A model generated the notes under the pieces. That model was not told the DNA's origin. It saw only the letters and a list, made by a program, of their open reading frames with translations, and ran no database searches. A stretch of DNA of 64,000 bases from Gaiellaceae bacterium (GTDB taxonomy: Bacteria > Actinomycetota > Thermoleophilia > Gaiellales > Gaiellaceae), in NCBI GenBank assembly GCA_036824245.1, contig DAITAO010000001.1, forward strand, positions 42,964 to 106,963, given 5' to 3'. This document shows, in pieces, positions 1-8,964 of this stretch. Numbering within the stretch: the first letter of the stretch is position 1; every line of letters begins with the position of its first letter. A program made the translations under genes and the position numbers.

Positions 1-227
1 TAGAGGCGCTCCCGTTCGCCGGCGTCGGCGGCCGCCGTCTCCGCCTCCTTGAGAGCATCCCGCTGCTCGCGGGTGAAGAGGTCGGCGTGCCGCGCGACGA
101 TCTCCGCGCCCTCCGAGACCTCTTTCTCGCCCACACGCACGGCCCGCGCCTCCTCCATGCGCTCGTAGCGGTAGCGCTGGAGCTGCGACTCGTACTCGGC
201 GGGGCTACGGACGGCGGTGGCGCTCAC
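1..227 (-). CDS. hypothetical protein, N-terminal fragment running off the window edge
   Basis: Frame open from GTG at 227 to position 1 (VSATAVRSPAEYESQLQRYRYERMEEARAVRVGEKEV...), with no stop. It starts 12 nt after the receiver gene stop. It is absent from the ORF track because it is truncated. Confidence 0.35.
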   Translation of the reverse strand, partial: MSATAVRSPAEYESQLQRYRYERMEEARAVRVGEKEVSEGAEIVARHADLFTREQRDALKEAETAAADAGERERL

Positions 228-238
228 GGGGTCGAAAT

Positions 239-622
239 CTAACCCGGCTCAATCAGGCGTCGCACGACGTTCAGCAGCTCGTCGAGCGCGAACGGTTTGA
301 TGATCACAGCGTCGACCCCCTCCGGCTCGCTGAACCGGGCCACGTCCACCGAGCCCGTTAGCAGGGCCACGGCGGGCCGCTCCCCTCCCCCGGGCAATCG
401 ATCGAGGAGTGCGAGGCCGCCCTCGCGTCCTTCGTCCATGCGGACGTCGAGCAGCACCAGGTCGACGGCGGAGGCGGTCGCGTGCGCCGCGGCCTCGTCG
501 ACGGTCGCGGCCTCTAGCACGTGGTACCCGTCCAGCTCCAGGTTGATGCGACAGAGCATCCGCAGCGCAGCGTCGTCGTCGACGACCAGCACCGTGCCGG
601 TCCGGCCGCCGCCGTCCTTCAC
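239..622 (-). CDS. single-domain response regulator (CheY-like receiver)
   Basis: 127 aa. VLVVDDD, DLVLLDVRM, LLTGS and IIKPF give the canonical acidic pocket, phospho-Asp, Thr and Lys. The start overlaps the gltX stop by 4 nt. Confidence 0.85.
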   Translation of the reverse strand: MKDGGGRTGTVLVVDDDAALRMLCRINLELDGYHVLEAATVDEAAAHATASAVDLVLLDVRMDEGREGGLALLDRLPGGGERPAVALLTGSVDVARFSEPEGVDAVIIKPFALDELLNVVRRLIEPG

Positions 623-1884
623 CGGCTTTCTCCCTTCGCGGCACGGATGCGCGCAAGCGATGACTCACGGCCCAGGAGCTCGAGGCTCTCGAAGAGCCCC
701 GGGGAGACGGTCGAGCCGGTCACGGCCACCCGAATCGGCTGAAAGGCCTTGCGGGGGGAGACGTCGAGCCGCTCGGCCAGCCCGCGCAGGGCCTCCTCGA
801 TGCGGTCGGCGGTGTACGGCTCGACGACGGCGAGCTCCTCGGCAGCCGCGGCGAGCACGGGGGCGCCGCCGTCCACCTGCGCCGGGTCGACGCTGACATC
901 CGCGAAGAAGAAGCCGGCAAAACCAGGGTACTGGCCGAGCAGCGAGATCTTGTCCTTGACGAGCGGAACGGTCTTCCGCACGAGCGCCTCATCCCAGTCG
1001 AAGCCCTGGGCTCGCAGGTATTCGACCAGGCGGTCACCGTACTCCTCGTCGGACAGAGCACGCAGGTACACGCCGTTCATCCATTCGAGCTTCTTGTAAT
1101 CGAACGTCGCCGGGCTGGCGCCCACGCGCTCGAGTGAGAAGCGCTCGATGAGCTCGTCGCGCGACATGATCGTGGTGCGGTCGTCGTAGGACCAGCCGAG
1201 CAGCACCAGGAAATTCGTCAGCGCCTCGGAGATGTAGCCGGCCGCGCGGAACTCGTCCACCGACTGAGCGCCGTGCCGCTTGGATAGCTTCTTGCCGTCC
1301 TCACCGAGAACGTCGGGGACATGCGCGTACACGGGCGGCTCGTGTCCGAGAGCGCGCAGGACCTGGATCTGGCGCGGTGTGTTCGAGACGTGGTCGTTGC
1401 CGCGGATGACGTGCGTTATGCCGTCGTCCATGTCCTCGACCGGCGATGCGAAGTTGTACGTGGCGCGGCCGTCCGAGCGGACGATGACGAGATCGTCGAG
1501 CGCATCGTTGGGGAACTCGATGCGGCCGCGCACGACGTCGTCCCAGCCCGTCATGCCTTCGTCCGGCATGCGAAAGCGGATTGCGCCCTCGTCCTCGTAC
1601 GCACGGCCCTCGTCGACGAGCTGCTGCGCGAGCTCGCGGCAGCGCTCCATGACGTCGAGCTGGAAGGTGACCGGGCCGTCCCAGTCGATGCCCAGCCAGC
1701 GCAGCGACTCCTGGATCTGCTCGATCGACTCCGCCACCTCGCGACTCGTGTCGGTGTTCTCGATGCGGAGCCGGCATTCGCCGCCGGCTCTGCGGGCGAA
1801 CAGCCAGTTGAACAGGAACGTGCGGGCGACGCCGATGTGCAGGAACCCGGTCGGGCTGGGCGCCATCCTGACTCTGACGGACAC
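619..1884 (-). CDS. gltX: glutamate--tRNA ligase
   Basis: 421 aa. Has APSPTGFLHIG (HIGH) and KLSKRHG (KMSKS) class I motifs. GTG start. Confidence 0.95.
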   Translation of the reverse strand: MSVRVRMAPSPTGFLHIGVARTFLFNWLFARRAGGECRLRIENTDTSREVAESIEQIQESLRWLGIDWDGPVTFQLDVMERCRELAQQLVDEGRAYEDEGAIRFRMPDEGMTGWDDVVRGRIEFPNDALDDLVIVRSDGRATYNFASPVEDMDDGITHVIRGNDHVSNTPRQIQVLRALGHEPPVYAHVPDVLGEDGKKLSKRHGAQSVDEFRAAGYISEALTNFLVLLGWSYDDRTTIMSRDELIERFSLERVGASPATFDYKKLEWMNGVYLRALSDEEYGDRLVEYLRAQGFDWDEALVRKTVPLVKDKISLLGQYPGFAGFFFADVSVDPAQVDGGAPVLAAAAEELAVVEPYTADRIEEALRGLAERLDVSPRKAFQPIRVAVTGSTVSPGLFESLELLGRESSLARIRAAKGESR

Positions 1885-1889
1885 GCGGG

Positions 1890-1896
1890 TAGGTTA
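1890..1896. promoter_or_regulatory. shared palindromic -10 element (TAGGTTA) for divergent gltX and nfo, leaderless geometry
   Basis: TAGGTT lies 6 nt upstream of the nfo GTG (1902). Its complement TAACCT lies 6 nt upstream of the gltX GTG (1884). The whole spacer is only 17 nt. Confidence 0.4.
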
Positions 1897-1901
1897 CTGG
1901 C

Positions 1902-2765
1902 GTGCTGCTCGGCGCCCACTGCTCGGGCGGAATCAAGACCGCGCTCGATCGAGCCGGCGAGATCGACGCAGACGTCGTCCAGCTGTTCGCCCAGAGCCCA
2001 CGCGCGTGGCGGTTCCCGAACCACGACCCTGCCCTTCTCGCGCGCTTCCGCGAGCGACTCGGCGAGGGACCGGTCCGCGCCGCGCTCGTGCACGCGCTCT
2101 ACCTGGTCAACCTGGCCGCTCCGAACGACGAGATCTACGAGAAGTCGGCAACGACGCTCTGCTCGACCGTCGACGCCGCCTCTGCGATCGGCGCGGACGT
2201 GGTCTTCCATGTCGGCTCGCACCTCGGCGCCGGCTTCGAGGCCGGCCTCGAGCGCGTGCTCCCGGCGATGGCACGCGCACTCGAGCGGTGCTCGGACGGC
2301 ACGTGGCTGCTGATGGAGAACTCGGCGGGCGCCGGCGGCACGATCGGGCGCTCAGTCGAAGAGCTGGCGACCATCTTCGAGCGGCTCGACAGGCACGAGC
2401 GGCTCGGCGTCTGCCTCGATTCCTGCCATCTGTACGTGTCGGGTTGCGATGTGACGAAGCCCGAGGCCCTCGATGCAGTGCTGGAAGAGGTGGATGACGC
2501 GATCGGCCTCGATCGCCTGCGCGCGGTGCACGTCAACGACGCAGCAACTCCCCTCGGCTCGAACCGCGATCGTCATGCCAACATCGGCGAGGGCCTCATG
2601 GGCGAGCAGCTGGGCGTGTTCGTCGGTCACCCGCTGCTGCAGCAACTGCCGGCAGTCCTCGAGGTGCCGGGCAAGGATGGTCACGGGCCCGACGCCGACG
2701 AGGTGCGCAGGCTCAAGGAGCTCCACCGCCGGTGGCGCGGCAAGCGCAGGCGCCGTCCCAAATAG
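1902..2765 (+). CDS. nfo: endonuclease IV (AP endonuclease)
   Basis: 287 aa. Motifs VFHVGSHLG, LMENSAGAGG, CLDSCHLYVSG and HVNDAATPLGSNRDRHANIGEG are typical of the Nfo TIM-barrel family. Confidence 0.9.
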   Translation: MLLGAHCSGGIKTALDRAGEIDADVVQLFAQSPRAWRFPNHDPALLARFRERLGEGPVRAALVHALYLVNLAAPNDEIYEKSATTLCSTVDAASAIGADVVFHVGSHLGAGFEAGLERVLPAMARALERCSDGTWLLMENSAGAGGTIGRSVEELATIFERLDRHERLGVCLDSCHLYVSGCDVTKPEALDAVLEEVDDAIGLDRLRAVHVNDAATPLGSNRDRHANIGEGLMGEQLGVFVGHPLLQQLPAVLEVPGKDGHGPDADEVRRLKELHRRWRGKRRRRPK

Positions 2766-2766
2766 C

Positions 2767-2896
2767 CATGTCCCACTGGGGCCGGCCGCGTGCCTCCCTC
2801 CGGTCCGAGGCTAGCGGCAGGATGCGCACGGGTGGGAGACCAACTCGTACCGAGCCTGTGACGACGCGGCGCCCCGGAGGTCGACCGCACAGCCTG
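2767..2896. repeat. dispersed repeat family 1, copy A (core ctggggccggccgcgNgcctccctccg)
   Basis: About 130 nt alignable by eye with 55092-55207. Shared blocks are catgtcc, ctggggccggccgcg.gcctccctccg, tagcgg, atgcgcac, gtgggagac, gtgacga and cagcct. The core also occurs at 33544-33576. Confidence 0.7.
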
Positions 2897-2906
2897 TCGC
2901 TGCGGG

Positions 2907-3320
2907 CTACGCGTTCGGCGCGATGCGGGCGACGATCCGGAAGCTCGGGCGATCGAGCGCAAGCTCGAAGAACTCGGGATTCACGCAGCCGAGACCATTG
3001 CTCTTGCTCTCGTAGCAACTCGACACGTCCGCCTCGCACATCGGCAGCGGCTCGCGCATGGCCTTCACCGCCCCGAAGCCACCTCTCCGGCGCTCGGCCT
3101 GCTCGAGCAGCTCGACGTCGATCTCAACCTCGTAGACCTTCTGCATGCAGCCGACATACGTGCGCCCGAACTCCTCAAAGGCATAGACGAACGGGCAGGC
3201 TCGCTCGAGGCATGCGGCCGGATAGACGACCTTGTCGCAGTGGACTCCGCAGCGCCGGCACTCGACCTCTTGCTGCGGATGCAGCGGGAGTCGTCGGACG
3301 CTCGGCGCCGTCTGATCCAT
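2907..3320 (-). CDS. hypothetical Cys-rich protein (about 10 Cys)
   Basis: ORF 2907-3356. ATG at 3320 (MDQTAPSV...) is the preferred start and TTG at 3356 the alternative. Non-repetitive composition (CRRCGVHCDK, CLERACPF, CEADVSSC). No family recognised. Confidence 0.5.
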   Translation of the reverse strand: MDQTAPSVRRLPLHPQQEVECRRCGVHCDKVVYPAACLERACPFVYAFEEFGRTYVGCMQKVYEVEIDVELLEQAERRRGGFGAVKAMREPLPMCEADVSSCYESKSNGLGCVNPEFFELALDRPSFRIVARIAPNA

Positions 3321-3632
3321 ACCTGGATTTTGGGCGTTAGGAGCTGCTCCTCGCAAGACTTGACAGGCACAGCCAAAAGTGCTTGTGCTCAGACGCTCGA
3401 TTGCAGCCGGTGGACGATGTTGAGCAGGTCCATCCGAAGGGTGCGGCCGCAGCTGGTCGAACAGCGCCTGCCTCGCCGACTCGACGATGATGAGTCGGAG
3501 CAGTGCTCGTCAGTCGCGTCTACGTGGAGGAGAAGCTCCAACTCGCTCAGCTGCGCCCGGGACGAAAGAGGCTACGAAATGCCCTCGTCCGTCGAACCGG
3601 ACCGCCTCGAGCACGGCGGGTAGGGTAGCCGG

Positions 3633-4673
3633 GTGGCGCGAAAGTTCCTGTGGGCGTCGCTCGCGCTCGCCCCCGTCACGATCCTCTTGCATTACGCCGC
3701 CGACTTCGGCGACACGGTGGACTTCGCGCTCGCCGCCCTCGCACTAATCCCGCTCGCCTGGCTGATCGGCGAGGCAACCGAGCACGCAGCGCATCACACA
3801 GGGCCAGGCATCGGCGGCTTTCTCAACGCCACGTTCGGCAACGCCCCCGAGCTGATCATCGCGCTCTTCGCAGTATCCGAGGCCCAGTTCGAGGTTGTGC
3901 GGGGCTCCCTGTCCGGCAGCGTGATCGGCAATCTGCTCCTCGTGCTCGGCTTCTCGCTCCTCTTCGGAGGCCGAGGTGAGCTCGACCGCTCCTCGACATT
4001 CGTGTCGCTCGGGCTCGTCGCGACCGCGGTGCTCGTCTTCCTCATCCCAGCGGTGCCAGGCTTCGAGGGAGATCCGGAGCGCGATTCCCTCGCGCGCCTC
4101 TCGATCATCCCGGCGGTCGTGCTGTTGGGTCTCTACCTCGTGGTCACATACGTGACTCTGCGCCGGCACCGCGAGCTGCACCTCATGGATGAACCATCCG
4201 ATGCGCGCGCCTGGTCATTGCGGTTCGCGCTCGGCGTGCTGGCGCTGGCAACGGTCGTCACGGCGGTCGTCGCCGAGATCGTGGTTTCCACTATCGAGCA
4301 CTTCGCCGAAGCCACGGGCATGAGTGACTTCTTCGTCGCGGCGGTGATCGTCGCAATCGTCGGCAACGCCGCCGAGCACGGAGGCGCCGTGGTCGTCGCC
4401 GCCCGCGGCAAGATCAAGCTGGCGGCCGAGATTGCGCTCGCCTCGAGCGCTCAGGTGGCTGTCTTCCTCATCCCAACGGTGGCACTGCTGGCCTGGCTGA
4501 TCGAGCCGCTGGCGCTGTCCTTCCGCCCGGTCGAGCTGATCGCGCTGGGCGCCGCCGTGGTGCTGACTACGCTCCTGCTGGGCGACGGGCGCTCGAGCCG
4601 GCTGCGCGGCGTCATCCTCATCGCCGCGTACGTCGCGACCGCGGTCGCGTTCCTCCTCGCCGGCGACCGCTAA
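3633..4673 (+). CDS. Ca2+/H+ antiporter (CaCA/ChaA-Cax family)
   Basis: 346 aa polytopic membrane protein with duplicated alpha-repeat motifs GNAPELIIALFAV and GNAAEHGGAVVVA. GTG start preceded by TAGGGT-N6. Confidence 0.9.
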   Translation: MARKFLWASLALAPVTILLHYAADFGDTVDFALAALALIPLAWLIGEATEHAAHHTGPGIGGFLNATFGNAPELIIALFAVSEAQFEVVRGSLSGSVIGNLLLVLGFSLLFGGRGELDRSSTFVSLGLVATAVLVFLIPAVPGFEGDPERDSLARLSIIPAVVLLGLYLVVTYVTLRRHRELHLMDEPSDARAWSLRFALGVLALATVVTAVVAEIVVSTIEHFAEATGMSDFFVAAVIVAIVGNAAEHGGAVVVAARGKIKLAAEIALASSAQVAVFLIPTVALLAWLIEPLALSFRPVELIALGAAVVLTTLLLGDGRSSRLRGVILIAAYVATAVAFLLAGDR

Positions 4674-5713
4674 GCGCGGGCCAGCACACCGAGCGCTCGT
4701 GGGATCACGTCGATCGCGACCTCGATGTCCTCGTCCGTCACGTCGAGGTGGGTCACGGCGCGCAGCACGTTGGGATGCACCGTGATCGAGAGCGCGACAC
4801 CGCCCGCACGCAGACGGTCGAGAGCTTCGGCGCTCGTCAGGCCGATGAGGCCGACGTCGAGCTGCACGAAGTTGGTCTCGACCTGCGCGACGTCGACAGG
4901 TAGGCCGGCGCCTGCCAGCGCCTCGGCAAGCCTCCGAGCCCGCGCGTGGTCGTCGGCGAGGCGCTCCACGTGGTGGTCGAGCGCGTACACGCCGGCGGCG
5001 GCCACGATGCCGGCCTGGCGCATCGCTCCCCCGAACAAGAACTTGAAGCGGCGAGCCGTGCGCATGCGCTCGGCCGACCCGGCCACGAGTGCCCCGAGCG
5101 GGCAGCCGAGCCCCTTCGAAAGGCAGATGGTGACGGTGTCGAAGCTGCGCGCCAGCTCGGCCGGGGGCACGCCCGAGGCGACCGCTGCGTTGAGGAGCCG
5201 GGCACCGTCGAGGTGCACGCCGAGACCCAGCTCGCGACATGCGTCCGCAACAGCGCGCAGCTCATCCGGCGGCCAGACCCGCCCGCCCGAGGAGTTGTGC
5301 GTGTTCTCGAGGGAAACAAGCCGCGTGAGCGGATGGTGGATCACCTCGTCGTAGCGGACCGCAGCACGAATCTGCTCGGCCGACAGGCGGCCCATCTGGC
5401 CGGGTAGCCCACGCGTGACGAGGCCCGAGTGCGTGGCGGGCCCACCCAGCTCGTAGAGCAGCACGTGAGAGTTCTCCTCGGCCAAAAGCTCGTCGCCGGG
5501 CTCGCCCAGTATGCGCAGCGCGATCTGATTTCCCATCGTCGCGGTCGGGAGGAAGACGGCTTCCTCCTGCCCGAGCAGGGCCGCCACACGCTCCTCGAGC
5601 GCGATCACGGTCGGGTCCTCGCGTTTCTGCTCGTCGCCGACGACAGCCGCGGCGATTGCGGCGCGCATGCCGGCCGTCGGCTGCGTGAGCGTGTCGGAGC
5701 GCAGGTCGATCAC
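4670..5713 (-). CDS. ltaE: low-specificity L-threonine aldolase
   Basis: Homology begins at VIDLRSDTLTQPT (GTG at 5713). Has NTHNSSGG and the PLP-lysine context LSKGLGCPLG. The 135 upstream codons of the listed 482-aa ORF are an Arg/Gly-rich shadow overlapping gcvPB. Confidence 0.85.
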   Translation of the reverse strand: MIDLRSDTLTQPTAGMRAAIAAAVVGDEQKREDPTVIALEERVAALLGQEEAVFLPTATMGNQIALRILGEPGDELLAEENSHVLLYELGGPATHSGLVTRGLPGQMGRLSAEQIRAAVRYDEVIHHPLTRLVSLENTHNSSGGRVWPPDELRAVADACRELGLGVHLDGARLLNAAVASGVPPAELARSFDTVTICLSKGLGCPLGALVAGSAERMRTARRFKFLFGGAMRQAGIVAAAGVYALDHHVERLADDHARARRLAEALAGAGLPVDVAQVETNFVQLDVGLIGLTSAEALDRLRAGGVALSITVHPNVLRAVTHLDVTDEDIEVAIDVIPRALGVLARA

Positions 5714-5724
5714 AGCTGCGATTC

Positions 5725-7218
5725 CTAGACGCCCTTGGGCGCCTCGACCGCCACCGGTCGGTCCGGCCCGGCGCTCAGGTCCGGATGATCCTCGAACCGG
5801 TAGCGAACGACGGCGCGCTTCGCCGCCTTGACCTCGTCGAGCCGGCCCACCATCGCCCGCACGGGCGCGCGCTTGAGCGCTTCGGGATCCTCGCCCGCCT
5901 CGCGGGCGATGTCGACCATCGCTTCGGCGAAGGCGTCCAGGGTCTCCTTGGGCTCGGTCTCGGTCGGCTCGACCATGAGCGCCTCGGGCACCACAAGCGG
6001 AAAGTAGATCGTCGGCGGATGGAAACCGTGATCGATGAGACGTTTCGCAACGTCCAGCGCCGTGACTCCGTGCGCGCGTTTGAGGTTCCGCGCCGAGAGC
6101 ACGAACTCGTGCATGCACAGCCGGTCGAAGGGAAGCTCGTAGGCGTCGCGTAGACGCGCGAGCAGGTAGTTCGCATTCAGCACGGCGGCCTCGGACATCT
6201 CCTTGAGCGCAGGCCCGTAGGCGCGGATGTACGCGTACGAGCGCACGAAGACGCCGAACGGCCCTCCGAACGCACGCACACGGCCGATCGACCCAGGACG
6301 GTCGTAGTCGAGGCGGTAGCGGTCGCCGTCACGAGCAACGACGGGAACCGGGAGGAACGGCTCCAGTGAGCGGCGCACGGCTATGGGGCCGGCGCCCGGC
6401 CCACCGCCTCCGTGCGGCTGCGAGAACGTCTTGTGCAGGTTGAAGTGGACGATGTCGAAGCCCATGTCGCCCGGACGCGAGATGCCGCACACCGCGTTCA
6501 GGTTGGCGCCGTCGTAGTACAGGAGCGCCCCGGCGTCGTGGAAGATGCGCGCCACCTCCTCGATGCCCTCGTCGAAGAGGCCGAGCGTGCTCGGGTTGGT
6601 GAGCATCAGGCCGGCCGTCTCGCTGTCCACCTTGGCGCGGAGCTCCTCGAGGTCGACGTTGCCCCGCGCATCCGTCGCCACGCTTACCACCTCGTAGCCG
6701 GCCATGGTCACGCTGGCCGGATTGGTGCCGTGAGCCGTGTCGGGAATGACTATCTTGCGGCGAGCCTCGGCGCGCTCCGCGAAGTACGCGCGCATGAGCA
6801 GGAGCCCGGTCAGCTCGCCCTGCGAGCCCGCCGCGGGCTGCAGAGAGACGGCATCCAGGCCTGCCACCTCGGCGAGGATTTCCTGGAGGCGCCACATCAG
6901 CTCGAGCGCGCCCTGCGCGCCGTCCTCCTCCTGGAGAGGGTGCAGGTCCCTGAAGCCCGGGAGCGTGACGACTCGCTCGTTGACGCGCGGGTTGTGCTTC
7001 ATCGTGCACGAGCCCAGCGGGTAGAAGCCGGTGTCGACGCCGTAGTTGCGCGACGTGAGCTCGGTGAAGTGCCTGACCAGCTCGGGCTCCGACACCTCGG
7101 CCAGCCGCGGTGGACGCTCGCGGCGAAGCTGGGGTGGCACCTCGGCGGTCGGGAGGTCGTGGCGCGGCAGGGAGTACGCGGTACGACCGGACCTCGACTT
7201 CTCGTAGATCAGGCGCAC
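5725..7218 (-). CDS. gcvPB: glycine dehydrogenase (decarboxylating) subunit 2
   Basis: Conserved from [15 protein letters not shown] (GTG at 7218) to the C-terminus ([36 protein letters not shown]). Overlaps the gcvPA stop by 10 nt. Confidence 0.92.
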   Translation of the reverse strand: MRLIYEKSRSGRTAYSLPRHDLPTAEVPPQLRRERPPRLAEVSEPELVRHFTELTSRNYGVDTGFYPLGSCTMKHNPRVNERVVTLPGFRDLHPLQEEDGAQGALELMWRLQEILAEVAGLDAVSLQPAAGSQGELTGLLLMRAYFAERAEARRKIVIPDTAHGTNPASVTMAGYEVVSVATDARGNVDLEELRAKVDSETAGLMLTNPSTLGLFDEGIEEVARIFHDAGALLYYDGANLNAVCGISRPGDMGFDIVHFNLHKTFSQPHGGGGPGAGPIAVRRSLEPFLPVPVVARDGDRYRLDYDRPGSIGRVRAFGGPFGVFVRSYAYIRAYGPALKEMSEAAVLNANYLLARLRDAYELPFDRLCMHEFVLSARNLKRAHGVTALDVAKRLIDHGFHPPTIYFPLVVPEALMVEPTETEPKETLDAFAEAMVDIAREAGEDPEALKRAPVRAMVGRLDEVKAAKRAVVRYRFEDHPDLSAGPDRPVAVEAPKGV

Positions 7219-8546
7219 TCGGCGAGCACCTCCGCGAGGCGGTCGATGTCGGCCGGCGTGCGCTTCTCCGTGACGCAGACGAGCAGCACATCGTCCAGAC
7301 CTGCGTAGTCCCGGCCGAGCGGGTAGCCGGGATGCACGCCTCGCTCGCGCGCGCCGCGAATGACCTCGCGCGCAGGCCGTCCGACTCGGACGGCAAACTC
7401 TTTGAACGTTGTCTGTTCGGGAAACAGCAGTGGAAGCCCTAGCCGTTCCTTGGCGTAGGCCGCGAGGCTCATGCAGGTCTCCCCCACCTCGCGCAATCCC
7501 TGCGGGCCGAGCCATGTCAGGTAGACGAGCCCGCCCAGGGCGAGCAGCGTCTGATTGGTGGTGATGTTGGAGGTTGCCTTCTCGCGCCGGATGTGCTGCT
7601 CGCGCGTCTGCAGGGTCAGTACATAGCCGCGCCGGCCGTGCGCGTCGGTGGTCTCTCCGACAATGCGGCCGGGCATGCGGCGCACATGTTCGGCTCGCGC
7701 CGCCAGGAATCCATAGTGCGGGCCGCCGTAGGAGAGGTGATTACCCGCCGGCTGCCCCTCCCCGACGGCGAGTGCGCACCCGTAGTGGCCGGGCGCCTCA
7801 AGGACGCCGAGCGACATCGGGTCGACGTGCGCGACTACCAGTGCCTCGTGCTCGTTTGCAGCGGCTGCCAGCTCGGGCGCCGGCTCGAGGCACCCGAACA
7901 CGTTGGGCTGCTGGAAGAGCACGCAGGCGGCGTCGCGCGCCGCGTCACCGAGCTCGTCGGGATCGGTCACCCCACCCCGGTGCGGCACCTCGACCACCTC
8001 GAGCCCGAAGCCTGGTGCGTAGGTCTTCACGACCTGTCGTACCTGCGGGTTGACCGCCTCTGCGACGACCACCTTGGAGCGCCCGGTCACGTGTTTGGCG
8101 ACGAAGCACGCATCCGCCGCCACTGTGGTGCCGTCGTAGCCTGAGGCGTTCGAGACGTCCATGCCGGTCAGCTCGCAGACAGCGGTCTGGTACTCGAAGA
8201 TGGCCTGGAGGACTCCTTGGCTCAGCTCCGGCTGGTACGGCGTATAGGCGGTCAGGAATTCCCCGCGCGAGAGCACCGTCTCCACCACCGCCGGTACGTA
8301 GTGGTCGTAGATGCCGGCGCCCAGGAACGACAGCTCCTGGCCCGTGTGGGTGTTGCGGGATGCCAGCTCGCTCAGATGCTCGACGATCTCGAGCTCCGAG
8401 AGCGCAGGCTCGAGGTCGAGCGGGCGCCCCAACCGAACTCCCGCAGGGATGTCGGCGAAGAGGTCCTCGACTGTCGACACGCCGACGGCGGCGAGCATCT
8501 CGTCGCGGTCAGCCTCCGTCAGCGGGACGTAGCGCAGCGAGCTCAC
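7209..8546 (-). CDS. gcvPA: glycine dehydrogenase (decarboxylating) subunit 1
   Basis: Conserved from [18 protein letters not shown] (GTG at 8546). Has [24 protein letters not shown]. Confidence 0.92.
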   Translation of the reverse strand: MSSLRYVPLTEADRDEMLAAVGVSTVEDLFADIPAGVRLGRPLDLEPALSELEIVEHLSELASRNTHTGQELSFLGAGIYDHYVPAVVETVLSRGEFLTAYTPYQPELSQGVLQAIFEYQTAVCELTGMDVSNASGYDGTTVAADACFVAKHVTGRSKVVVAEAVNPQVRQVVKTYAPGFGLEVVEVPHRGGVTDPDELGDAARDAACVLFQQPNVFGCLEPAPELAAAANEHEALVVAHVDPMSLGVLEAPGHYGCALAVGEGQPAGNHLSYGGPHYGFLAARAEHVRRMPGRIVGETTDAHGRRGYVLTLQTREQHIRREKATSNITTNQTLLALGGLVYLTWLGPQGLREVGETCMSLAAYAKERLGLPLLFPEQTTFKEFAVRVGRPAREVIRGARERGVHPGYPLGRDYAGLDDVLLVCVTEKRTPADIDRLAEVLAECA

Positions 8547-8568
8547 GCTCGGCTCCCGAGCAACGATC

Positions 8569-8964
8569 TCACTGGTCTGCGAGCAGCCGGCGGTACGCCT
8601 CGGCGTCCAGCAAGGATTCGACTTCTGAGGGCTCCGAGAGGCGGATCCGGATGAGCCAGCCTTCGCCGTACGGGTCCTGGTTGACGGTCTCGGGCGCCTC
8701 GACAACCGCCTGGTTCACCGCGAGCACCTCACCGGAGAGCGGCGCGATCACGTCCGAGACAGCCTTGACGGACTCCACCTCGCCGTACGACTCGTCCTTC
8801 GCGACGCTGGCTCCCTCCGCGGGCGGCTCGAAGTGGACGAGCTCGCCGAGGGCGTCCTGCGCGTACCACGTCACTCCGAGCGTGGCCTCGGCGTCCTCGA
8901 GACGGGCCCAGTCGTGTTCGCGGTGGTAGCGAAGGTCCTCCGGGTAGCTCTCTGCAGCCGCCAC
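8569..8964 (-). CDS. gcvH: glycine cleavage system H protein
   Basis: About 131 aa from GTG at 8964, which overlaps the gcvT TAG. Lipoyl-lysine motif GEVESVKAVSDVIAPLSG. Confidence 0.9.
   Translation of the reverse strand: MAAAESYPEDLRYHREHDWARLEDAEATLGVTWYAQDALGELVHFEPPAEGASVAKDESYGEVESVKAVSDVIAPLSGEVLAVNQAVVEAPETVNQDPYGEGWLIRIRLSEPSEVESLLDAEAYRRLLADQ

Noticed and set aside
3240-3623. A 127-aa plus-strand ORF, and minus-strand frames, in the long spacer upstream of the Ca2+/H+ exchanger.
   Set aside because: The composition is Ser/Arg-rich and non-protein-like, with frequent frame switching of apparent signal. The ORF overlaps the Cys-rich gene start. There is no SD or -10 geometry.
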